Notes under the pieces: generated by a model | Database searches by the model: none | Told to the model about the DNA's origin: nothing | What the model saw: the letters and a program-made list of their open reading frames with translations, nothing else | In this document: positions 39,901 to 54,900 of the stretch, piece by piece | Position numbering within the stretch: the stretch's first letter is position 1 | Layout: every line of letters starts with the position of its first letter | Origin: Eledone cirrhosa | Taxonomy: Eukaryota | Direction: 5' to 3' | Assembly: GCA_964016885.1 (NCBI GenBank) | Contig: OZ024742.1 | Location: 114,886,001-114,950,000 of the forward strand | DNA length: 64,000 bases | Program-made: the position numbers and the translations under genes

Positions 39901-42900
39901 AATTAAGCATAAAGTGTATTGCAAAATACATTATATATACATCCATATATATATTGCTATTTCAGAGCTCCAATTCTAATTTTTAATATCTGCCTGACCA
40001 ACAACCGCTCTGCATAATCAGCTCCTGATTATTTACTAGATTTCTATAAGAATATAACATCATTGATCTCAGTAGACAGGTGGGGTAGTTGGCCTTGATA
40101 AGCTTCAACCAAATTGAAACATGTCATGTCGGCTTATCTCCCCTGTTTGCAGAGATCAAAGTGAGTGAATTTGTCACTACTTTAAAACAATAGCTTACGG
40201 TCTTCAAAATGCTTTTAATTATGCATAAAGTGTATTGCAAAATACATTATACATACATCCATATATATATTGCTATTTCAGAGCTCCAATTCTAATTTTT
40301 AAATTTCTGCCTTACCAACAACCGCTCTGCATAATCAGCTCCTGATTATTTACTAGATTTCTATAAGAATATAACATCATTGATCTCAGTAGACAGGTGG
40401 GTTAGTTGGCCTTGATAAGCTTCAACCAAAGCGAAACATGTCATGTCGGCTTATCTCTCCTGTTTGCTGAGATCAAAGTGAGTGAATTTGTCACTACTTT
40501 AAAACAATAGCTTACGGTCTTCAAAATGCTTTTAATTAAGCATAAAGTGTATTGCAAAATACATTATATATACATCCATATATATATTGCTATTTCAGAG
40601 GTCCAATTCTAATTTTTTATTTCTGCCTGACCAACAACCGCTCTGCATAATCAGCTCCTGATTATTTACTAGATTTCTATATTAATATAACATCATTGAT
40701 CTCAGTAGACAGGTGGGGTAGTTGGCCTTCATAAGCTTCAACCAAAGCGAAACATGTTATGTCGGCTTATCTCCCCTGTTTGCTGAGATCAAAGTGAGTG
40801 AATTTGTCACTACTTTAAAACAATAGCTTACGGTCTTCAAAATGCTTTTAATTATGCATAAAGTATATTGCAAAATACATTATATATACATCCATATATA
40901 TATTGCTATTTCAGAGCTCCAATTCTAATTTTTTAATTTCTGCCTGACCAACAACCGCTCTGCATAATCAGCTCCTGATTATTTACTAGATTTCTATAAG
41001 AATATAACATCATTGATCTCAGTAGACAGGTGGGGTAGTTGGCCTTGATAAGCTTCAACCAAATTGAAACATGTCATGTCGGCTTATCTCCCCTGTTTGC
41101 AGACATCAAAGTGAGTGAATTTGTCACTACTTTAAAACAATAGCTTACGGTCTTCAAAATGCTTTTAATTATGCATAAAGTATATTGCAAAATACATTAT
41201 ATATACATCCATATATATATATTGCTATTTCAGAGCTCCAATTCTAATTTTTAATTTTTGCCTGACCAACAACCACTCTGCATAATCAGCTCCTGATTAT
41301 TTACTAGATTTCTATAAGAATATAACAGCATTGATATGAGTAGACAGGTGGGGTAGTTGGCCTTGATAAGCTTCAACCACAGCGAAACATGCCATGTCGG
41401 CTTATCTACCCTGTTTGCTGAGATCAAAGTGAGTGAATTTGTCACTACTTTAAAACAATAGCTTACGGTCTTCAAAATGCTTTTAATTAAGCATAAAGTG
41501 TATTGCAAAATACATTATACATACATCCATATATATATTGCTATTTCAGAGCTACAATTCTAATTTTTAATTTCTGCCTGACCAACAACCGCTCTGCATA
41601 ATCAGCTCCTGATTATTTACTAGATTTCTATAAGAATATAACAGCATTGATATGAGTAGACAGGTGGGGTAGTTGGCCTTGATAAGCTTCAACCAAAGCG
41701 AAACATGTTATGTCGGTTTATCTCCCCTGTTTGCTGAGATCAAAGTGAGTGAATTTGTCACTACTTTAAAACAATAGCTTACGGTCTTCAACATGCTTTT
41801 AATTAAGCATAAAGTGTATTGCAAAATACATTATATATATATATCCATATATATATTGCTATTTCATAGCTCCAATTCTAATTTTTAATTTCTGCCTGAC
41901 CAACAACTGCTCTGCATAATCAGCTCCTGATTATTTACTAGATTTCTATAACAATATAACATCATTGATCTCAGTAGACAGGTGGGGTAGTTGGCCTTGA
42001 TAAGCTTCAACAAAAGCGAAATATGTCATGTCGGCTTATCTCCCCTGTTTGCTGAGATCAAAGTGAGTGAATTTGTCACTACTTTAAAACAATAGCTTAC
42101 GGTCTTCAAAATGCTTTTAATTAAGCATAAAGTGTATTGCAAAATACATTATATATACATCCATATATATATTGCTATTTCAGAGGTCCAATTCTAATTT
42201 TTTATTTCTGCCTGACCAACAACCGCTCTGCATAATCAGCTCCTGATTATTTACTAGATTTCTATATTAATATAACATCATTGATCTCAGTAGACAGGTG
42301 GGGTAGTTGGCCTTCATAAGCTTCAACCAAAGCGAAACATGTTATGTCGGCTTATCTCCCCTGTTTGCTGAGATCAAAGTGAGTGAATTTGTCACTACTT
42401 TAAAACAATAGCTTACGGTCTTCAAAATGCTTTTAATTATGCATAAAGTATATTGCAAAATACATTATATATACATCCATATATATATTGCTATTTCAGA
42501 GCTCCAATTCTAATTTTTTAATTTCTGCCTGACCAACAACCGCTCTGCATAATCAGCTCCTGATTATTTACTAGATTTCTATAAGAATATAACATCATTG
42601 ATCTCAGTAGACAGGTGGGGTAGTTGGCCTTGATAAGCTTCAACCAAATTGAAACATGTCATGTCGGCTTATCTCCCCTGTTTGCAGACATCAAAGTGAG
42701 TGAATTTGTCACTACTTTAAAACAATAGCTTACGGTCTTCAAAATGCTTTTAATTATGCATAAAGTATATTGCAAAATACATTATATATACATCCATATA
42801 TATATATTGCTATTTCAGAGCTCCAATTCTAATTTTTAATTTTTGCCTGACCAACAACCACTCTGCATAATCAGCTCCTGATTATTTACTAGATTTCTAT

Positions 42901-45900
42901 TAGAATATAACAGCATTGATATGAGTAGACAGGTGGGGTAGTTGGCCTTGATAAGCTTCAACCACAGCGAAACATGCCATGTCGGCTTATCTACCCTGTT
43001 TGCTGAGATCAAAGTGAGTGAATTTGTCACTACTTTAAAACAATAGCTTACGGTCTTCAAAATGCTTTTAATTAAGCATAAAGTGTATTGCAAAATACAT
43101 TATACATACATCCATATATATATTGCTATTTCAGAGCTACAATTCTAATTTTTAATTTCTGCCTGACCAACAACCGCTCTGCATAATCAGCTCCTGATTA
43201 TTTACTAGATTTCTATAAGAATATAACAGCATTGATATGAGTAGACAGGTGGGGTAGTTGGCCTTGATAAGCTTCAACAAAAGCGAAATATGTCATGTCG
43301 GCTTATCTCCCCTGTTTGCTGAGATCAAAGTGAGTGAATTTGTCACTACTTTAAAACAATAGCTTACGGTCTTCAAAATGCTTTTAATTATGCATAAAGT
43401 ATATTGCAAAATACATTATATATACATCCATATATATATTGCTATTTCAGAGCTCCAATTCTAATTTTTTAATTTCTGCCTGACCAACAACCGCTCTGCA
43501 TAATCAGCTCCTGATTATTTACTAGATTTCTATAAGAATATAACATCATTGATCTCAGTAGACAGGTGGGGTAGTTGGCCTTGATAAGCTTCAACCAAAT
43601 TGAAACATGTCATGTCGGCTTATCTCCCCTGTTTGCAGACATCAAAGTGAGTGAATTTGTCACTACTTTAAAACAATAGCTTACGGTCTTCAAAATGCTT
43701 TTAATTATGCATAAAGTATATTGCAAAATACATTATATATACATCCATATATATATATTGCTATTTCAGAGCTCCAATTCTAATTTTTAATTTTTGCCTG
43801 ACCAACAACCACTCTGCATAATCAGCTCCGGATTATTTACTAGATTTCTATAAGAATATAACATCATTGATCTCAGTAGACAGGTGGGTTAGTTGGCCTT
43901 GAAAAGCTTCAACCAAAGCGAAACATGTCATGTCGGCTTATTTCTCCTGTTTGCTGAGATCAAAGTGTGTGAATGTGTCACTACTTTAAAACAATAGCTT
44001 ACGGTCTTCAACATGCTTTTAATTAAGCATAAAGTGTATTGCAAAATACATTATATATACATCCATATATATATTGCTATTTCAGAGCTCCAATTCTAAT
44101 TTTTAATTTCTGCCTGACCAACAACCGCTCTGCATAATCAGCTCCTGATTATTTACTAGATTTCTATAAGAATATAACATCATTGATCTCAGTAGACAGG
44201 TGGGGCAGTTGGCCTTGATAAGCTTCAACCAAAGCGAAACATTTATGTCGGCTTATCTCCCCTGTTTGCTGAGATCAAAGTGAGTGAATTTGTCACTCCT
44301 TTAAAACAATAGCTTACGGTGTTCAAAATGCTTTTAATTAAGCGTAAAGTGTATTGCAAAATACATTATATATACATCCATATATATATATTGCTATTTC
44401 AGAGCTCCAATTCTAATTTTTAATTTCTGCCTGACCAACAACTGCTCTGCATAATCAGCTCCTGATTATTTACTAGATTTCTATAAGAATATAACAGCAT
44501 TGATATGAGTAGACAGGTGGGGTAGTTGGCCTTGATAAGCTTCAACCACAGCGAAACATGCCATGTCGGCTTATCTACCCTGTTTGCTGAGATCAAAGTG
44601 AGTGAATTTGTCACTACTTTAAAACAATAGCTTACGGTCTTCAAAATGCTTTTAATTAAGCATAAAGTGTATTGCAAAATACATTATACATACATCCATA
44701 TATATATTGCTATTTCAGAGCTACAATTCTAATTTTTAATTTCTGCCTGACCAACAACCGCTCTGCATAATCAGCTCCTGATTATTTACTAGATTTCTAT
44801 AAGAATATAACAGCATTGATATGAGTAGACAGGTGGGGTAGTTGGCCTTGATAAGCTTCAACCAAAGCGAAACATGTTATGTCGGTTTATCTCCCCTGTT
44901 TGCTGAGATCAAAGTGAGTGAATTTGTCACTACTTTAAAACAATAGCTTACGGTCTTCAACATGCTTTTAATTAAGCATAAAGTGTATTGCAAAATACAT
45001 TATATATACATCCATATATATATTGCTATTTCAGAGCTCCAATTCTAATTTTTAATTTCTGCCTGACCAACAACCGCTCTGCATAATCAGCTCCTGATTA
45101 TTTACTAGATTTCTATAACAATATAACATCATTGATCTCAGTAGACAGGTGGGGTAGTTGGCCTTGATAAGCTTCAACAAAAGCGAAATATGTCATGTCG
45201 GCTTATCTCCCCTGTTTGCTGAGATCAAAGTGAGTGAATTTGTCACTACTTTAAAACAATAGCTTACGGTCTTCAAAATGCTTTTAATTATGCATAAAGT
45301 GTATTGCAAAATACATTATATATACATCCATATATATATTGCTATTTCAGAGCTCCAATTCTAATTTTTAATATCTGCCTGACCAACAACCGCTCTGCAT
45401 AATCAGCTCCTGATTATTTACTAGATTTCTATAATAATATAACATCATTGATCTCAGTAGACAGTTGGGGTAGTTGGCCTTGATAAGCTTCAACCAAAAT
45501 GAAACATGTCATGTCGGCTTATCTCCCCTGTTTGCTGAGATCAAAGTGAGTGAATTTGTCACTACTTTAAAACAATAGCTTACGGTCTTCAAAATGCTTT
45601 TAATTATGCATAAAGTATATTGCAAAATACATTATATATACATCCATATATATATATTGCTATTTCAGAGCTCCAATTCTAATTTTTAATTTTTGCCTGA
45701 CCAACAACCACTCTGCATAATCAGCTCCTGATTATTTACTAGATTTCTATAAGAATATAACATCATTGATCTCAGTAGACAGGTGGGTTAGTTGGCCTTG
45801 AAAAGCTTCAACCAAAGCGAAACATGTCATGTCGGCTTATCTCTCCTGTTTGCTGAGATCAAAGTGAGTGAATTTGTCACTACTTTAAAACAATAGCTTA

Positions 45901-48900
45901 CGGTCTTCAAAATGCTTTTAATTAAGCATAAAGTGTATTGCAAAATACATTATATATACATCCATATATATATTGCTATTTCAGAGGTCCAATTCTAATT
46001 TTTTATTTCTGCCTGACCAACAACCGCTCTGCATAATCAGCTCCTGATTATTTACTAGATTTCTATAAGAATATAACATCATTGATCTCAGTAGACAGGT
46101 GGGGTAGTTGGCCTTCATAAGCTTCAACCAAAGCGAAACATGTTGTGTCGGCTTATCTCCCCTGTTTGCTGAGATCAAAGTGAGTGAATTTGTCACTACT
46201 TTAAAACAATAGCTTACGGTCTTCAAAATGCTTTTAATTAAGCATAAAGTGTATTGCAAAATACATTATATATACATCCATATATATATTGCTATTTCAG
46301 AGCTCCAATTCTAATTTTTAATATCTGCCTGACCAACAACCGCTCTGCATAATCAGCTCCTGATTATTTACTAGATTTCTATAAGAATATAACATCATTG
46401 ATCTCAGTAGACAGGTGGGGTAGTTGGCCTTGATAAGCTTCAACCAAATTGAAACATGTCATGTCGGCTTATCTCCCCTGTTTGCAGAGATCAAAGTGAG
46501 TGAATTTGTCACTACTTTAAAACAATAGCTTACGGTCTTCAAAATGCTTTTAATTATGCATAAAGTGTATTGCAAAATACATTATACATACATCCATATA
46601 TATATTGCTATTTCAGAGCTCCAATTCTAATTTTTAAATTTCTGCCTTACCAACAACCGCTCTGCATAATCAGCTCCTGATTATTTACTAGATTTCTATA
46701 AGAATATAACATCATTGATCTCAGTAGACAGGTGGGTTAGTTGGCCTTGATAAGCTTCAACCAAAGCGAAACATGTCATGTCGGCTTATCTCTCCTGTTT
46801 GCTGAGATCAAAGTGAGTGAATTTGTCACTACTTTAAAACAATAGCTTACGGTCTTCAAAATGCTTTTAATTAAGCATAAAGTGTATTGCAAAATACATT
46901 ATATATACATCCATATATATATTGCTATTTCAGAGGTCCAATTCTAATTTTTTATTTCTGCCTGACCAACAACCGCTCTGCATAATCAGCTCCTGATTAT
47001 TTACTAGATTTCTATATTAATATAACATCATTGATCTCAGTAGACAGGTGGGGTAGTTGGCCTTCATAAGCTTCAACCAAAGCGAAACATGTTATGTCGG
47101 CTTATCTCCCCTGTTTGCTGAGATCAAAGTGAGTGAATTTGTCACTACTTTAAAACAATAGCTTACGGTCTTCAAAATGCTTTTAATTATGCATAAAGTA
47201 TATTGCAAAATACATTATATATACATCCATATATATATTGCTATTTCAGAGCTCCAATTCTAATTTTTTAATTTCTGCCTGACCAACAACCGCTCTGCAT
47301 AATCAGCTCCTGATTATTTACTAGATTTCTATAAGAATATAACATCATTGATCTCAGTAGACAGGTGGGGTAGTTGGCCTTGATAAGCTTCAACCAAATT
47401 GAAACATGTCATGTCGGCTTATCTCCCCTGTTTGCTGAGATCAAAGTGAGTGAATTTGTCACTACTTTAAAACAATAGCTTACGGTCTTCAAAATGCTTT
47501 TAATTATGCATAAAGTATATTGCAAAATACATTATATATACATCCATATATATATATTGCTATTTCAGAGCTCCAATTCTAATTTTTAATTTTTGCCTGA
47601 CCAACAACCACTCTGCATAATCAGCTCCTGATTATTTACTAGATTTCTATAAGAATATAACATCATTGATCTCAGTAGACAGGTGGGTTAGTTGGCCTTG
47701 AAAAGCTTCAACCAAAGCGAAACATGTCATGTCGGCTTATCTCTCCTGTTTGCTGAGATCAAAGTGAGTGAATTTGTCACTACTTTAAAACAATAGCTTA
47801 CGGTCTTCAAAATGCTTTTAATTAAGCATAAAGTGTATTGCAAAATACATTATATATACATCCATATATATATTGCTATTTCAGAGGTCCAATTCTAATT
47901 TTTTATTTCTGCCTGACCAACAACCGCTCTGCATAATCAGCTCCTGATTATTTACTAGATTTCTATAAGAATATAACATCATTGATCTCAGTAGACAGGT
48001 GGGGTAGTTGGCCTTCATAAGCTTCAACCAAAGCGAAACATGTTGTGTCGGCTTATCTCCCCTGTTTGCTGAGATCAAAGTGAGTGAATTTGTCACTACT
48101 TTAAAACAATAGCTTACGGTCTTCAAAATGCTTTTAATTAAGCATAAAGTGTATTGCAAAATACATTATATATACATCCATATATATATTGCTATTTCAG
48201 AGCTCCAATTCTAATTTTTAATATCTGCCTGACCAACAACCGCTCTGCATAATCAGCTCCTGATTATTTACTAGATTTTTATAAGAATATAACATCATTG
48301 ATCTCAGTAGACAGGTGGGGTAGTTGGCCTTGATAAGCTTCAACCAAATTGAAACATGTCATGTCGGCTTATCTCCCCTGTTTGCAGAGATCAAAGTGAG
48401 TGAATTTGTCACTACTTTAAAACAATAGCTTACGGTCTTCAAAATGCTTTTAATTATGCATAAAGTGTATTGCAAAATACATTATACATACATCCATATA
48501 TATATTGCTATTTCAGAGCTCCAATTCTAATTTTTAAATTTCTGCCTTACCAACAACCGCTCTGCATAATCAGCTCCTGATTATTTACTAGATTTCTATA
48601 AGAATATAACATCATTGATCTCAGTAGACAGGTGGGTTAGTTGGCCTTGATAAGCTTCAACCAAAGCGAAACATGTCATGTCGGCTTATCTCTCCTGTTT
48701 GCTGAGATCAAAGTGAGTGAATTTGTCACTACTTTAAAACAATAGCTTACGGTCTTCAAAATGCTTTTAATTAAGCATAAAGTGTATTGCAAAATACATT
48801 ATATATACATCCATATATATATTGCTATTTCAGAGGTCCAATTCTAATTTTTTATTTCTGCCTGACCAACAACCGCTCTGCATAATCAGCTCCTGATTAT

Positions 48901-51900
48901 TTACTAGATTTCTATATTAATATAACATCATTGATCTCAGTAGACAGGTGGGGTAGTTGGCCTTCATAAGCTTCAACCAAAGCGAAACATGTTATGTCGG
49001 CTTATCTCCCCTGTTTGCTGAGATCAAAGTGAGTGAATTTGTCACTACTTTAAAACAATAGCTTACGGTCTTCAAAATGCTTTTAATTATGCATAAAGTA
49101 TATTGCAAAATACATTATATATACATCCATATATATATTGCTATTTCAGAGCTCCAATTCTAATTTTTTAATTTCTGCCTGACCAACAACCGCTCTGCAT
49201 AATCAGCTCCTGATTATTTACTAGATTTCTATAAGAATATAACATCATTGATCTCAGTAGACAGGTGGGGTAGTTGGCCTTGATAAGCTTCAACCAAATT
49301 GAAACATGTCATGTCGGCTTATCTCCCCTGTTTGCAGACATCAAAGTGAGTGAATTTGTCACTACTTTAAAACAATAGCTTACGGTCTTCAAAATGCTTT
49401 TAATTATGCATAAAGTATATTGCAAAATACATTATATATACATCCATATATATATATTGCTATTTCAGAGCTCCAATTCTAATTTTTAATTTTTGCCTGA
49501 CCAACAACCACTCTGCATAATCAGCTCCTGATTATTTACTAGATTTCTATAAGAATATAACAGCATTGATATGAGTAGACAGGTGGGGTAGTTGGCCTTG
49601 ATAAGCTTCAACCACAGCGAAACATGCCATGTCGGCTTATCTACCCTGTTTGCTGAGATCAAAGTGAGTGAATTTGTCACTACTTTAAAACAATAGCTTA
49701 CGGTCTTCAAAATGCTTTTAATTAAGCATAAAGTGTATTGCAAAATACATTATACATACATCCATATATATATTGCTATTTCAGAGCTACAATTCTAATT
49801 TTTAATTTCTGCCTGACCAACAACCGCTCTGCATAATCAGCTCCTGATTATTTACTAGATTTCTATAAGAATATAACAGCATTGATATGAGTAGACAGGT
49901 GGGGTAGTTGGCCTTGATAAGCTTCAACAAAAGCGAAATATGTCATGTCGGCTTATCTCCCCTGTTTGCTGAGATCAAAGTGAGTGAATTTGTCACTACT
50001 TTAAAACAATAGCTTACGGTCTTCAAAATGCTTTTAATTAAGCATAAAGTGTATTGCAAAATACATTATATATACATCCATATATATATTGCTATTTCAG
50101 AGGTCCAATTCTAATTTTTTATTTCTGCCTGACCAACAACCGCTCTGCATAATCAGCTCCTGATTATTTACTAGATTTCTATATTAATATAACATCATTG
50201 ATCTCAGTAGACAGGTGGGGTAGTTGGCCTTCATAAGCTTCAACCAAAGCGAAACATGTTATGTCGGCTTTTCTCCCCTGTTTGCTGAGATCAAAGTGAG
50301 TGAATTTGTCACTACTTTAAAACAATAGCTTACGGTCTTCAAAATGCTTTTAATTATGCATAAAGTATATTGCAAAATACATTATATATACATCAATATA
50401 TATATTGCTATTTCAGAGCTCCAATTCTAATTTTTTAATTTCTGCCTGACCAACAACCGCTCTGCATAATCAGCTCCTGATTATTTACTAGATTTCTATA
50501 AGAATATAACATCATTGATCTCAGTAGACAGGTGGGGTAGTTGGCCTTGATAAGCTTCAACCAAATTGAAACATGTCATGTCGGCTTATCTCCCCTGTTT
50601 GCAGACATCAAAGTGAGTGAATTTGTCACTACTTTAAAACAATAGCTTACGGTCTTCAAAATGCTTTTAATTATGCATAAAGTATATTGCAAAATACATT
50701 ATATATACATCCATATATATATATTGCTATTTCAGAGCTCCAATTCTAATTTTTAATTTTTGCCTGACCAACAACCACTCTGCATAATCAGCTCCTGATT
50801 ATTTACTAGATTTCTATAAGAATATAACAGCATTGATATGAGTAGACAGGTGGGGTAGTTGGCCTTGATAAGCTTCAACCACAGCGAAACATGCCATGTC
50901 GGCTTATCTACCCTGTTTGCTGAGATCAAAGTGAGTGAATTTGTCACTACTTTAAAACAATAGCTTACGGTCTTCAAAATGCTTTTAATTAAGCATAAAG
51001 TGTATTGCAAAATACATTATACATACATCCATATATATATTGCTATTTCAGAGCTACAATTCTAATTTTTAATTTCTGCCTGACCAACAACCGCTCTGCA
51101 TAATCAGCTCCTGATTATTTACTAGATTTCTATAAGAATATAACAGCATTGATATGAGTAGACAGGTGGGGTAGTTGGCCTTGATAAGCTTCAACAAAAG
51201 CGAAATATGTCATGTCGGCTTATCTCCCCTGTTTGCTGAGATCAAAGTGAGTGAATTTGTCACTACTTTAAAACAATAGCTTACGGTCTTCAAAATGCTT
51301 TTAATTATGCATAAAGTATATTGCAAAATACATTATATATACATCCATATATATATTGCTATTTCAGAGCTCCAATTCTAATTTTTTAATTTCTGCCTGA
51401 CCAACAACCGCTCTGCATAATCAGCTCCTGATTATTTACTAGATTTCTATAAGAATATAACATCATTGATCTCAGTAGACAGGTGGGGTAGTTGGCCTTG
51501 ATAAGCTTCAACCAAATTGAAACATGTCATGTCGGCTTATCTCCCCTGTTTGCAGACATCAAAGTGAGTGAATTTGTCACTACTTTAAAACAATAGCTTA
51601 CGGTCTTCAAAATGCTTTTAATTATGCATAAAGTATATTGCAAAATACATTATATATACATCCATATATATATATTGCTATTTCAGAGCTCCAATTCTAA
51701 TTTTTAATTTTTGCCTGACCAACAACCACTCTGCATAATCAGCTCCGGATTATTTACTAGATTTCTATAAGAATATAACATCATTGATCTCAGTAGACAG
51801 GTGGGTTAGTTGGCCTTGAAAAGCTTCAACCAAAGCGAAACATGTCATGTCGGCTTATTTCTCCTGTTTGCTGAGATCAAAGTGTGTGAATGTGTCACTA

Positions 51901-54900
51901 CTTTAAAACAATAGCTTACGGTCTTCAAAATTATTTTAATTAAGCATAAAGTGTATTGCAAAATACATTATATATACATCCATATATATATTGCTATTTC
52001 AGAGCTCCAATTCTAATTTTTAATATCTGCCTGACCAACAACCGCTCTGCATAATCAGCTCCTGATTATTTACTAGATTTCTATAAGAATATAACATCAT
52101 TGATCTCAGTAGACAGGTGGGGTAGTTGCCCTTGATAAGCTTCAACCAAATTGAAACATGTCATGTCGGCTTATCTCCCCTGTTTGCTGAGATCAAAGTG
52201 AGTGAATTTGTCACTCCTTTAAAACAATAGCTTACGGTGTTCAAAATGCTTTTAATTAAGCGTAAAGTGTATTGCAAAATACATTATATATACATCCATA
52301 TATATATATTGCTATTTCAGAGCTCCAATTCTAATTTTTAATTTCTGCCTGACCAACAACTGCTCTGCATAATCAGCTCCTGATTATTTACTAGATTTCT
52401 ATAAGAATATAACAGCATTGATATGAGTAGACAGGTGGGGTAGTTGGCCTTGATAAGCTTCAACCACAGCGAAACATGCCATGTCGGCTTATCTACCCTG
52501 TTTGCTGAGATCAAAGTGAGTGAATTTGTCACTACTTTAAAACAATAGCTTACGGTCTTCAAAATGCTTTTAATTAAGCATAAAGTGTATTGCAAAATAC
52601 ATTATACATACATCCATATATATATTGCTATTTCAGAGCTCCAATTCTAATTTTTAATTTTTGCCTGACCAACAACCACTCTGCATAATCAGCTCCGGAT
52701 TATTTACTAGATTTCTATAAGAATATAACATCATTGATCTCAGTAGACAGGTGGGTTAGTTGGCCTTGATAAGCTTCAACCAAAGCGAAACATGTCATGT
52801 CGGCTTATCTCTCCTGTTTGCTGAGATCAAAGTGAGTGAATTTGTCACTACTTTAAAACAATAGCTTACGGTCTTCAAAATGCTTTTAATTAAGCATAAA
52901 GTGTATTGCAAAATACATTATATATACATCCATATATATATTGCTATTTCAGAGGTCCAATTCTAATTTTTTATTTCTGCCTGACCAACAACCGCTCTGC
53001 ATAATCAGCTCCTGATTATTTACTAGATTTCTATATTAATATAACATCATTGATCTCAGTAGACAGGTGGGGTAGTTGGCCTTCATAAGCTTCAACCAAA
53101 GCGAAACATGTTATGTCGGCTTATCTCCCCTGTTTGCTGAGATCAAAGTGAGTGAATTTGTCACTACTTTAAAACAATAGCTTACGGTCTTCAAAATGCT
53201 TTTAATTATGCATAAAGTATATTGCAAAATACATTATATATACATCCATATATATATTGCTATTTCAGAGCTCCAATTCTAATTTTTTAATTTCTGCCTG
53301 ACCAACAACCGCTCTGCATAATCAGCTCCTGATTATTTACTAGATTTCTATAAGAATATAACATCATTGATCTCAGTAGACAGGTGGGGTAGTTGGCCTT
53401 GATAAGCTTCAACCAAATTGAAACATGTCATGTCGGCTTATCTCCCCTGTTTGCAGACATCAAAGTGAGTGAATTTGTCACTACTTTAAAACAATAGCTT
53501 ACGGTCTTCAAAATGCTTTTAATTATGCATAAAGTATATTGCAAAATACATTATATATACATCCATATATATATATTGCTATTTCAGAGCTCCAATTCTA
53601 ATTTTTAATTTTTGCCTGACCAACAACCACTCTGCATAATCAGCTCCTGATTATTTACTAGATTTCTATAAGAATATAACAGCATTGATATGAGTAGACA
53701 GGTGGGGTAGTTGGCCTTGATAAGCTTCAACCACAGCGAAACATGCCATGTCGGCTTATCTACCCTGTTTGCTGAGATCAAAGTGAGTGAATTTGTCACT
53801 ACTTTAAAACAATAGCTTACGGTCTTCAAAATGCTTTTAATTAAGCATAAAGTGTATTGCAAAATACATTATACATACATCCATATATATATTGCTATTT
53901 CAGAGCTACAATTCTAATTTTTAATTTCTGCCTGACCAACAACCGCTCTGCATAATCAGCTCCTGATTATTTACTAGATTTCTATAAGAATATAACAGCA
54001 TTGATATGAGTAGACAGGTGGGGTAGTTGGCCTTGATAAGCTTCAACAAAAGCGAAATATGTCATGTCGGCTTATCTCCCCTGTTTGCTGAGATCAAAGT
54101 GAGTGAATTTGTCACTACTTTAAAACAATAGCTTACGGTCTTCAAAATGCTTTTAATTAAGCATAAAGTGTATTGCAAAATACATTATATATACATCCAT
54201 ATATATATTGCTATTTCAGAGGTCCAATTCTAATTTTTTATTTCTGCCTGACCAACAACCGCTCTGCATAATCAGCTCCTGATTATTTACTAGATTTCTA
54301 TATTAATATAACATCATTGATCTCAGTAGACAGGTGGGGTAGTTGGCCTTCATAAGCTTCAACCAAAGCGAAACATGTTATGTCGGCTTTTCTCCCCTGT
54401 TTGCTGAGATCAAAGTGAGTGAATTTGTCACTACTTTAAAACAATAGCTTACGGTCTTCAAAATGCTTTTAATTATGCATAAAGTATATTGCAAAATACA
54501 TTATATATACATCAATATATATATTGCTATTTCAGAGCTCCAATTCTAATTTTTTAATTTCTGCCTGACCAACAACCGCTCTGCATAATCAGCTCCTGAT
54601 TATTTACTAGATTTCTATAAGAATATAACATCATTGATCTCAGTAGACAGGTGGGGTAGTTGGCCTTGATAAGCTTCAACCAAATTGAAACATGTCATGT
54701 CGGCTTATCTCCCCTGTTTGCAGACATCAAAGTGAGTGAATTTGTCACTACTTTAAAACAATAGCTTACGGTCTTCAAAATGCTTTTAATTATGCATAAA
54801 GTATATTGCAAAATACATTATATATACATCCATATATATATATTGCTATTTCAGAGCTCCAATTCTAATTTTTAATTTTTGCCTGACCAACAACCACTCT

